The position numbers were made by a program, and so were the translations under genes. DNA of 64,000 bases from an uncultured Pseudohongiella sp. (GTDB taxonomy: Bacteria > Pseudomonadota > Gammaproteobacteria > Pseudomonadales > Pseudohongiellaceae). The stretch is from positions 110,549 to 174,548 of the forward strand of contig OZ242251.1 of assembly GCA_965206945.1 (NCBI GenBank), given 5' to 3'. Shown piece after piece: positions 1 through 12,500 of this stretch (positions within the stretch are counted from its first letter, which is position 1; each line of letters opens with the position of its first letter). The notes under the pieces were generated by a model. The model was not told where the DNA came from and made no database searches. It saw only the letters and a list, made by a program, of their open reading frames with translations.

Positions 1-3000
1 AGCTTTACGGCGGGCGAGTTCACCTTTGCCGATGTGGACGGCGATGCCCTGCACAGCCTGCGCATCGACACGCTGCCCGCCACCGGCACCCTGACCCTTG
101 ACGGCGCTGCGGTGACCGCCGGGCAGGTGATCCCCGCCGCCGGGATCGGGACCCTGGTCTATACCCCGGCCGCCGATGCCACCGGCGATGTCAGCTTTAC
201 CTTCAGCCTTTCCGACGGCACCGACTTTGGTGCAACCGCCACGGCAACCGTCAGCGTGACCGCAGAGAATGACGCGCCGACCTCGAGCGGGCTGACGGTT
301 ACGACCAAAGAGGATACCGCCCACAGCTTTGCGGCAGGCGAGTTCAACTTTGCGGATGTGGACGGCGATGACCTGGACAGCCTGCGCATCGACACGCTGC
401 CCGCCACCGGCAGCCTGACCCTTGACGGCGCTGCGGTGATCGCAGGCGATGTGATCCCCGCCGCCGGGATCGACACCCTTGTCTATACCCCGGCCGCCAA
501 TGCCACCGGCGATGTCAGCTTCACCTTCAGTCTGTCCGACGGCACCGCCTTTGGCGCAACCGCCACGGCCACCGTCAGCGTGACCGCGGAGAATGACGCG
601 CCGACCTCAAGCGGGCTGGCGGTTACGACCGAAGAGGATACCGCCCACAGCTTTACAGCGGCCGAGTTCACCTTTGCCGATGTGGACGGCGATGCCCTGC
701 ACAGCCTGCGCATCGACACGCTGCCCGCAACCGGCACCCTGACCCTTGATGGCGCTGCGGTGATCGTCGGGCAGGTGATCCCCGCCGCCGGGATCGACAC
801 CCTGGTCTATACCCCGGCTGCCAATGCCACCGGCGCTGTCAGCTTCACCTTCAGTCTGTCCGACGGCACCGCCTTTGGCGCGACCGCCACGGCCACCGTC
901 AGCGTGACCGCGGTGAATGACGCGCCGACCTCAAGCGGGCTGGCGGTTACGACCAAAGAGGATACCGCCCACAGCTTTACAGCGGCCGAGTTCACCTTTG
1001 CCGATGCCGACGGCGATGCCCTGCACAGCCTGCGCATCGACACGCTGCCCGCAACCGGCAGCCTGACCCTTGATGGCGCTGCGGTGATCGTCGGGCAGGT
1101 GATCCCCGCCGCCGGGATCGACACCCTGGTCTATACCCCGGCTGCCAATGCCACCGGCGCTGTCAGTTTCAGCTTCAGCCTGTCCGACGGCACCGCCTTT
1201 GGCGCAACCGCCACGGCCACCGTCAGCGTGACCGCGGAGAATGACGCGCCGACCTCAAGCGGGCTGGCGGTCTCGACCCAAGAGGATACCGCCCACAGCT
1301 TTACAGCGGCCGAGTTCACCTTTGCCGATGTGGACGGCGATGCCCTGCACAGCCTGCGCATCGACACGCTGCCCGCCACCGGCAGCCTGACCCTTGATGG
1401 CGCTGCGGTGACCGAAGGGGATGTGATCCCCGCCGCCGGGATCGCGACCCTCGTCTATACCCCGGCTGCCAATGCCACCGGCGATGTCAGTTTCACCTTC
1501 AGCCTCAACGACGGCACCGACTTTGGCGCAACCGCCACGGCCACCGTCAGCGTGACCGCGGAAAATGACGCGCCGACCTCAAGCGGGCTGGCGGTTACGA
1601 CCAAAGAGGATACCGCCCACAGCTTTACAGCGACCGAGTTCACCTTTGCCGATGCCGACGGCGATGCCCTGCACAGCCTGCGCATCGACACGCTGCCCGC
1701 CACCGGCACCCTGACCCTTGATGGCGCTGCGGTGACCGAAGGGGATGTGATCGTTGCCGCTGGTATCGCGAACCTTGTCTATACCCCGGCCACCAATGCC
1801 AACGGCGATGTCAGTTTCACCTTCAGCCTGTCCGACGGCACCGCCTTTGGCGCAACCGCCACGGCCACCGTCAGCGTGACCGCAGAGAATGACGCGCCGA
1901 CCACGAGCGGGCTGGCGGTCTCGACCCAAGAGGATACCGCCCACAGCTTTGCGGCAGGCGAGTTCAACTTTGCCGATGTGGACGGCGATGACCTTGACAG
2001 CCTGCGCATCGACACGCTGCCCGGCAGCGGCAGCCTGACCCTCGACGGCACTGCGGTGACCGCGGGGGATGTGATCGTTGCCGCTGGTATCGCGAACCTT
2101 GTCTATACCCCGGCTGCGAATGCCACCGGCGATGTCAGTTTCACCTTCAGCCTTTCCGACGGCACCGTCTTTGGCGCGACCGCCACGGCAACCGTCACCA
2201 TCGGCGCCGTCAATGACCCGCCGACCACGAGCGGGCTGGCGGTCTCGACCCAAGAGGATACCGCCCACAGCTTTGCGGCAGGCGAGTTCAACTTTGCCGA
2301 TGTGGACGGCGATGACCTTGACAGCCTGCGCATCGACACGCTGCCCGGTAGCGGCAACCTGACCCTCGACGGCACTGCGGTGACCGTCGGGCAGGTGATC
2401 CCCGCCGCCGGTATCGCGAACCTTGTCTATACCCCGGCCGCCAATGCCACCGGCGATGTCACCTTCACCTTCAGCCTCAACGATGGCACCGCCTTTGGCG
2501 CAACCGCCACGGCAACCGTCAGCATCGGCGCGGTCAATGACCCGCCGACCTCGAGCGGGCTGACGGTCTCGACCAAAGAGGATACCGCCCACAGCTTTAC
2601 GGCGGGCGAGTTCAACTTTGCCGATGTGGAAGGCGATGACCTGCACAGCCTGCGCATCGACACGCTGCCCGCAACCGGCAGCCTGACCCTTGATGGCGCT
2701 GCGGTGATCGTCGGGCAGGTGATCCCCGCCGCCGGGATCGACACCCTGGTCTATACCCCGGCTGCCAATGCCACCGGCGCTGTCAGTTTCACCTTCAGCC
2801 TCTCCGACGGCACCGACTTCAGCGCAACCGCCACGGCAACCGTCAGCGTGACCGCGGTCAATGACGCGCCGACCTCAAGCGGGCTGACGGTTACGACCAA
2901 AGAGGATACCGCCCACAGCTTTACAGCGGCCGAGTTCACCTTTGCCGATGCCGACGGCGATGCCCTGCACAGCCTGCGCATCGACACGCTGCCCGCCACC

Positions 3001-3507
3001 GGCAGCCTGACCCTTGATGGCGCTGCGGTCATCGTCGGGCAGGTGATCCCCGCCGCCGGGATCGACACCCTGGTCTATACGCCGGCCGCCAATGCCACCG
3101 GCGCTGTCAGCTTTACCTTCAGCCTCTCCGACGGCATCGCCTTTGGCGCAACCGCCACGGCAACCGTCAGCATCGGCGCGGAGAATGACGCGCCGACCTC
3201 AAGCGGGCTGACGGTCTCGACCCAAGAGGATACCGCCCACAGCTTTGCTGCGGGCGAGTTCAACTTTGCGGATGTGGACGGCGATGACCTGGACAGCCTG
3301 CGCATCGACACGCTGCCCGCCACCGGCAGCCTGACCCTTGACGGCGCTGCGGTGACCGCCGGGGATGTGATCCCCGCCGCCGGGATCGGGACCCTCGTCT
3401 ATACCCCGGCCACCAATGCCACCGGCGATGTCACCTTCACCTTCAGCCTCAACGACGGCACCGCCTTTGGCGCAACCGCCACGGCGACCGTCAGCATCGG
3501 CGCGGTC
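1..3507 (+). repeat. A-type coding repeat array, 324 nt / 108 aa per unit: 1 partial unit (1-267) plus 10 complete units (268-3507).
   Basis: The linker codon AAT (N of ENDAPTSSG) recurs every 324 nt from 268 to 3508. Spurious antisense ORFs in the track also step by 324 nt (159, 483, 807). Confidence 0.9.
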
Positions 3508-6500
3508 AATGACGCGCCCACCCTCAGCGGCACGCCTGCCACCAGCGTGGCCGAAGACAGCGCCTATAATTTCACGCCAACCGGCGACGACGCTGATGGC
3601 GACACGCTGACCTGGGCGATCACAAACATGCCGTCATGGGCCAGTTTCAGCACCGCAACCGGAGCCTTGACCGGCACGCCCGCCAACGAGCATGTCGGCG
3701 ACTACGCGGACATCGTGATCAGCGTCACCGATGGCATCATCGCCACACCGGTCGCCCTCGCAGCCTTTGCTATCGCCGTCACCAACACCAATGACGCGCC
3801 CACCCTCAGCGGCACGCCTGCCACCAGCGTGGCCGAAGACAGCGCCTATAATTTCACGCCAACCGGCGACGACGCTGATGGCGACACGCTGACCTGGGCG
3901 ATCACAAACATGCCGTCATGGGCCAGTTTCAGCACCGCAACCGGAGCCTTGACCGGCACGCCCGCCAACGAGCATGTCGGCGACTACGCGGACATCGTGA
4001 TCAGCGTCACCGATGGCATCATCGCCACACCGGTCGCCCTCGCAGCCTTTGCTATCGCCGTCACCAACACCAATGACGCGCCCACCCTCAGCGGCACGCC
4101 CGCCACAACCGTGGCCGAAGACAGCGCCTATAGCTTCACGCCAAGCGCTGAAGATGCAGATGGCGACACGCTGACCTGGGCGATCACAAACATGCCGTCA
4201 TGGGCCAGCTTCGACACCGCAACCGGCGCCTTGACCGGCACCCCCGCCAACGAGCATGTCGGCGACCACGAAGACATCGTGATCAGCGTCACCGATGGCA
4301 TCATCGCCACGCCAGTAGCGCTGCCGGCTTTTGCTATCGCCGTCACCAACACCAATGACGCGCCCACCCTCAGTGGTACGCCCGCCACAAGCGTGGCCGA
4401 AGACAGTGCCTATAGTTTCACGCCAAGCGCTGAAGATGCAGATGGCGACCCGCTGGCCTGGGCGATCACAAACATGCCGTCATGGGCCAGCTTCGACACC
4501 GCAACCGGGGCCTTGACCGGCACCCCCGCCAACGAGCATGTCGGCGACTACGATGGCATCGTGATCAGCGTCACCGATGGCATCATCGCCACACCGGTCG
4601 CCCTCGCAGCCTTTGCTATCGCCGTCACCAACACCAATGACGCGCCCACCCTCAGTGGCACGCCCGCCACAAGCGTGGCCGAAGACAACGCCTATAGCTT
4701 CACGCCAAGCGCTGAAGATGCAGATGGCGACCCGCTGACCTTTGCCATCACAAACATGCCGTCATGGGCCAGTTTCAGCACCGCAACCGGCGCCTTGACC
4801 GGCACGCCCGCCAACGAGCATGTCGGCGACTACGAGGACATCGTGATTAGCGTCACCGATGGCATCATCGCCGCACCGGTCGCGCTGCCCGCCTTCGATA
4901 TCGTCGTCACCAACACCAATGACCCGCCCACCCTCAGCGGCACGCCCGCCACCAGCGTGGCCGAAGACAGCGCCTATAGCTTCACGCCAACCGGCGAAGA
5001 CGCAGATGGCGACACGCTGGTATATGCGATCAGCAACATACCGTCATGGGCCAGTTTCAGCACCACAACCGGGGCCTTGACCGGCACGCCCACCAACGAG
5101 CATGTCGGCGACTACGAGGACATCGTGATCAGCGTCACCGATGGCATTGCTACGCCAGTAGCGCTGCCGGCCTTTGCTATCGCCGTCACCAACACCAATG
5201 ACGCGCCGACCTCGAGCGGGCTGACGGTCTCGACACAAGAGGATACCGCCCACAGCTTTGCTGCGGGCGAGTTTAACTTTGCCGATGTGGACGGCGATGA
5301 CCTGGACAGCCTGCGCATCGACACGCTGCCCGGTAGCGGCAGCCTGACCCTCGACGGCACTGCGGTGACCGCGGGGGATGTGATCCTTGCCGCTGGTATC
5401 GCGAACCTTGTCTATACCCCGGCCACCAATGCCACCGGCGATGTCACCTTCACCTTCAGCCTCTCCGACGGCACCGCCTTTGGCGCGACCGCCACGGCGA
5501 CCGTCAGCATCGGCGCGGTCAATGACGCGCCCACCCTCAGCGGCACGCCCGCCACCAGCGTGGCCGAAGACAGCGCCTATAACTTCACGCCAACCGGCGA
5601 AGACGCTGATGGCGACCCGCTGACATATACGATCACAAACATGCCGTCATGGGCCAGCTTCGACATCGCAACCGGGGCCTTGACCGGCACGCCCGTCAAC
5701 GCCGATGTCGGCGACTACGATGGCATCGTGATCAGCGTCACCGATGGCATCATCGCCACACCGGTCGCCCTCGCAGCCTTTGCTATCGCCGTCACCAACA
5801 CCAATGACGCGCCCACCCTCAGTGGCACGCCCGCCACAAGCGTGGCCGAAGACAACGCCTATAGCTTCACGCCAAGCGCTGAAGATGCAGATGGCGACCC
5901 GCTGACCTTTGCCATCACAAACATGCCGTCATGGGCCAGTTTCAGCACCGCAACCGGCGCCTTGACCGGCACGCCCGCCAACGAGCATGTCGGCGACTAC
6001 GAGGACATCGTGATTAGCGTCACCGATGGCATCATCGCCACGCCAGTAGCGCTGCCAGCCTTCGATATCGCCGTCACCAACACCAATGACGCGCCCACCC
6101 TCAGCGGCACGCCCGCCACAAGCGTGGCCGAAGACAACGCCTATAGCTTCACGCCAAGCGCTGAAGATGCAGATGGCGACCCGCTGGCCTTTGCCATCAC
6201 AAACATGCCGTCATGGGCCAGTTTCAGCACCGCAACCGGCGCCTTGACCGGCACGCCCGCCAACGAGCATGTCGGCGACTACGAGGACATCGTGATTAGC
6301 GTCACCGATGGCATCATCGCCACGCCGGTAGCGCTGCCCGCCTTTGATATCGCCGTCACCAACACCAATGACCCGCCCACCATCAGCGGCACGCCCGCCA
6401 CCAGCGTGGCCGAAGACAGCGCCTATAACTTCACGCCAACCGGCGAAGACGCTGATGGCGACCCGCTGACATATACGATCACAAACATGCCGTCATGGGC

Positions 6501-9500
6501 CAGCTTCGACATCGCAACCGGGGCCTTGACCGGCACGCCCGTCAACGCCGATGTCGGCGACTACGATGGCATCGTGATCAGCGTCACCGATGGCATCATC
6601 GCCACACCGGTCGCCCTCGCAGCCTTTGCTATCGCCGTCACCAACACCAATGACGCGCCCACCATCAGCGGCACGCCCGCCACCAGCGTGGCCGAAGACA
6701 GCGCCTATAGCTTCATGCCAACCGGTGCCGACGATGATGGCGACAGGCTGACCTTTGCGATCACAAACATGCCGTCATGGGCCAGTTTCAGCACCGCAAC
6801 CGGGGCTTTGACCGGCACGCCCGTCAACGCCGATGTCGGCGACTACGAGGACATCGTGATCAGCGTCACCGATGGCATCATCGCCACACCGGTCGCGCTG
6901 CCAGCCTTCGATATCGCCGTCACCAACACCAATGACGCGCCCACCCTCAGCGGCACGCCCGCCACAAGCGTGGCCGAAGACAACGCCTATAGCTTCACGC
7001 CAAGCGCTGAAGATGCAGATGGCGACCCGCTGACCTTTGCCATCACAAACATGCCGTCATGGGCCAGTTTCAGCACCGCAACCGGCGCCTTGACCGGCAC
7101 GCCCGCCAACGAGCATGTCGGCGACTACGAGGACATCGTGATTAGCGTCACCGATGGCATCATCGCCACGCCGGTAGCGCTGCCCGCCTTTGATATCGCC
7201 GTCACCAACACCAATGACGCGCCCACCATCAGCGGCACACCCGCCACAAGCGTGGCCGAAGACAGTGCCTATAGTTTCACGCCAAGCGCTGAAGATGCAG
7301 ATGGCGACCCGCTGACCTTTGCCATCACAAACATGCCTTCATGGGCCAGCTTCGACATCGCAACCGGGGCCTTGACCGGCACGCCCGTCAACGCCGATGT
7401 CGGCGACTACGATGGCATCGTGATCAGCGTCACCGATGGCATCATCGCCACACCGGTCGCGCTCGCCCCCTTCGATATCGCCGTCACCAACACCAATGAC
7501 GCGCCCACCCTCAGCGGCACGCCCGCCACCAGCGTGGCCGAAGACAGCGCCTATAATTTCACGCCAAGCGGCGAAGATGATGATGGCGACACGCTGACCT
7601 TTGCCATCACAAACATGCCTTCATGGGCCAGCTTCAGCACCACGACCGGGGCCTTGACCGGCACGCCCGCCAACGAGCATGTCGGCGACTACGCGGACAT
7701 CGTGATCAGCGTCACCGATGGCATCATCGCCACGCCGGTCGCGCTGCCCGCCTTCGATATCGCCGTCACCAACACCAATGACGCGCCCACCCTCAGCGGC
7801 ACGCCCGCCACAAGCGTGGCCGAAGACAGTGCCTATAGCTTCACGCCAAGCGCTGAAGATGCGGATGGCGATCCGCTGACCTTTGCCATCACAAACATGC
7901 CGTCATGGGCCAGCTTCGACATCGCAACCGGCGCCTTGACCGGCACGCCAGACAACGATGATGTCGGCGACTACGATGGCATCGTGATCAGCGTCACCGA
8001 TGGCATCATCGCCACACCGGTCGCGCTGCCCGCCTTCGATATCGCCGTCACCAACACCAATGACCCGCCCACCACGAGCGGGCTGACGGTCTCGACCCAA
8101 GAGGATACCGCCCACAGCTTTGCGGCAGGCGAGTTCAACTTTGCCGATGTGGACGGCGATGACCTGGACAGCCTGCGCATCGACACGCTGCCCGCAACCG
8201 GCGCCCTGACCCTTGATGGTAATGTCGTAACCGCAGGGGATGTGATCCCCGCCGCCGGGATCGCGACCCTGGTCTATACCCCGGCTGCCAATGCCACCGG
8301 CGATGTCAGTTTCACCTTCAGCCTGTCCGACGGCACCGCCTTTGGTGCAACCGCCACGGCCACCGTCACCGTGATCGGGGAGAATGACGCGCCGACCTCA
8401 AGCGGACTGGCGGTCTCGACAGATGAGGATACCGCCCACAGCTTTGCGGCAGGCGAGTTCAACTTTGCCGATGTGGACGGCGATGACCTTGACAGCCTGC
8501 GCATCGACACGCTGCCCGGTAGCGGCAGCCTGACCCTCGACGGCACTGCGGTGACCGCGGGGGATGTGATCGTTGCCGCTGGTATCGCGAACCTTGTCTA
8601 TACCCCGGCCACCAATGCCACCGGCGATGTCACCTTCACCTTCAGCCTCAACGACGGCACCGCCTTTGGCGCAACCGCCACGGCGACCGTCAGCATCGGC
8701 GCGGTCAATGACGCGCCCACCCTCAGCGGCACGCCTGCCACCAGCGTGGCCGAAGACAGCGCCTATAATTTCACGCCAACCGGCGACGACGCTGATGGCG
8801 ACACGCTGACCTGGGCGATCACAAACATGCCGTCATGGGCCAGTTTCAGCACCGCAACCGGAGCCTTGACCGGCACGCCCGCCAACGAGCATGTCGGCGA
8901 CTACGCGGACATCGTGATCAGCGTCACCGATGGCATCATCGCCACACCGGTCGCCCTCGCAGCCTTTGCTATCGCCGTCACCAACACCAATGACGCGCCC
9001 ACCCTCAGCGGCACGCCTGCCACCAGCGTGGCCGAAGACAGCGCCTATAATTTCACGCCAACCGGCGACGACGCTGATGGCGACACGCTGACCTGGGCGA
9101 TCACAAACATGCCGTCATGGGCCAGTTTCAGCACCGCAACCGGAGCCTTGACCGGCACGCCCGCCAACGAGCATGTCGGCGACTACGCGGACATCGTGAT
9201 CAGCGTCACCGATGGCATCATCGCCACACCGGTCGCCCTCGCAGCCTTTGCTATCGCCGTCACCAACACCAATGACGCGCCCACCCTCAGCGGCACGCCC
9301 GCCACAACCGTGGCCGAAGACAGCGCCTATAGCTTCACGCCAAGCGCTGAAGATGCAGATGGCGACACGCTGACCTGGGCGATCACAAACATGCCGTCAT
9401 GGGCCAGCTTCGACACCGCAACCGGCGCCTTGACCGGCACCCCCGCCAACGAGCATGTCGGCGACCACGAAGACATCGTGATCAGCGTCACCGATGGCAT

Positions 9501-12500
9501 CATCGCCACGCCAGTAGCGCTGCCGGCTTTTGCTATCGCCGTCACCAACACCAATGACGCGCCCACCCTCAGCGGCACGCCCGCCACAAGCGTGGCCGAA
9601 GACAGTGCCTATAGTTTCACGCCAAGCGCTGAAGATGCAGATGGCGACCCGCTGGCCTGGGCGATCACAAACATGCCGCCATGGGCCAGCTTCGACATCG
9701 CAACCGGGGCCCTGACCGGCACGCCCGCCAACGAGCATGTCGGCGCCTACGCGGACATCGTGATCAGCGTCACCGATGGCATCATCGCCACACCGGTCGC
9801 GTTGCCGGCCTTCGATATCGCCGTCACCAACACCAATGACGCGCCCACCCTCAGCGGCACGCCCGCCACAAGCGTGGCCGAAGACAGCGCCTATAGCTTC
9901 ACGCCAAGCGCTGAAGATGCAGATGGCGACCCGCTGGCCTGGGCGATCACAAACATGCCGCCATGGGCCAGCTTCGACATCGCAACCGGGGCCCTGACCG
10001 GCACGCCCGCCAACGAGCATGTCGGCGCCTACGCGGACATCGTGATCAGCGTCACCGATGGCATCATCGCCACACCGGTCGCGTTGCCGGCCTTCGATAT
10101 CGCCGTCACCAACACCAATGACCCGCCCACCATCAGCGGCACGCCCGCCACCAGCGTGGCCGAAGACAGCGCCTATAACTTCACGCCAACCGGCGAAGAC
10201 GCTGATGGCGACCCGCTGACATATACGATCACAAACATGCCGTCATGGGCCAGCTTCGACATCGCAACCGGGGCCCTGACCGGCACGCCCACCAACGAGC
10301 ATGTCGGCAACTACGAGGACATCGTGATCAGCGTCACCGATGGCATCATCGCCACACCGGTCGCGCTGCCCGCCTTCGATATCGCCGTCACCAACACCAA
10401 TGACGCGCCCACCCTCAGCGGCACGCCCGCCACCAGCGTGGCCGAAGACAGTGCCTATAGTTTCACGCCAAGCGGTGCCGACGATGATGGCGACTCGCTG
10501 ACCTTTGCCATCACAAACATGCCGTCATGGGCCAGCTTCGACACCGCAACCGGGGCCTTGACCGGCACGCCCACCAACGAGCATGTCGGCGACCACGAGA
10601 ACATCGTGATCAGCGTCACCGATGGCATCATCGCCACACCGGTCGCGTTGCCGGCCTTCGATATCGCCGTCACCAACACCAATGACCCGCCCACCATCAG
10701 CGGCACGCCCGCCACCAGCGTGGCCGAAGACAGCGCCTATAACTTCACGCCAACCGGCGAAGACGCTGATGGCGACCCGCTGACATATACGATCACAAAC
10801 ATGCCGTCATGGGCCAGCTTCGACATCGCAACCGGGGCCTTGACCGGCACCCCTGCCAACGCCCATGTCGGCGACTACGAGGACATCGTGATCAGCGTCA
10901 CCGATGGCATCATCGCCACACCGGTCGCCCTCGCAGCCTTTGCTATCGCCGTCACCAACACCAATGACGCGCCCACCATCAGCGGCACGCCCGCCACCAG
11001 CGTGGCCGAAGACAGCGCCTATAGCTTCATGCCAACCGGTGCCGACGATGATGGCGACAGGCTGACCTTTGCGATCACAAACATGCCGTCATGGGCCAGT
11101 TTCAGCACCGCAACCGGGGCTTTGACCGGCACGCCCGTCAACGCCGATGTCGGCGACTACGAGGACATCGTGATCAGCGTCACCGATGGCATCATCGCCA
11201 CACCGGTCGCGCTGCCCGCCTTCGATATCGCCGTCACCAACACCAATGACCCGCCCACCATCAGCGGCACGCCCGCCACCAGCGTGGCCGAAGACAGCGC
11301 CTATAACTTCACGCCAACCGGCGAAGACGCTGATGGCGACCCGCTGACATATACGATCACAAACATGCCGTCATGGGCCAGCTTCGACATCGCAACCGGG
11401 GCCTTGACCGGCACGCCCGTCAACGCCGATGTCGGCGACTACGATGGCATCGTGATCAGCGTCACCGATGGCATCATCGCCACACCGGTCGCCCTCGCAG
11501 CCTTTGCTATCGCCGTCACCAACACCAATGACGCGCCCACCATCAGCGGCACGCCCGCCACCAGCGTGGCCGAAGACAGCGCCTATAGCTTCATGCCAAC
11601 CGGTGCCGACGATGATGGCGACAGGCTGACCTTTGCGATCACAAACATGCCGTCATGGGCCAGTTTCAGCACCGCAACCGGGGCTTTGACCGGCACGCCC
11701 GTCAACGCCGATGTCGGCGACTACGAGGACATCGTGATCAGCGTCACCGATGGCATCATCGCCACACCGGTCGCGCTGCCCGCCTTCGATATCGCCGTCA
11801 CCAACACCAATGACCCGCCCACCATCAGCGGCACGCCCGCCACAACCGTGGCCGAAGACAGCGCCTATAACTTCACGCCAACCGGCGAAGACGCTGATGG
11901 CGACCCGCTGACATATACGATCACAAACATGCCGTCATGGGCCAGCTTCGACATCGCAACCGGGGCCTTGACCGGCACGCCCGTCAACGCCGATGTCGGC
12001 GACTACGATGGCATCGTGATCAGCGTCACCGATGGCATCATCGCCACACCGGTCGCCCTCGCAGCCTTTGCTATCGCCGTCACCAACACCAATGACGCGC
12101 CCACCCTCAGCGGCACGCCTGCCACCAGCGTGGCTGAAGACAGCGCTTATAGCTTCACGCCAACCGGCGAAGACGTTGATGGCGACAGGCTGACCTTTGC
12201 GATCACAAACATGCCGGCATGGGCCAGTTTCAGCACCACGACCGGGGCCTTGACCGGCACCCCCGCCAACGAGCATGTCGGTGACTACGCGGACATCGTG
12301 ATCAGCGTCACCGATGGCATCATCGCCACGCCGGTCGCCCTCGCCCCCTTCGATATCGCCGTCACCAACACCAATGACGCGCCGACCATCAGCGGCACGC
12401 CCGCCACAACCGTGGCCGAAGACAGCGCCTATAGCTTCACGCCAAGCGCTGAAGATGCAGATGGCGACCCGCTGACCTTTGCCATCACAAACATACCTTC

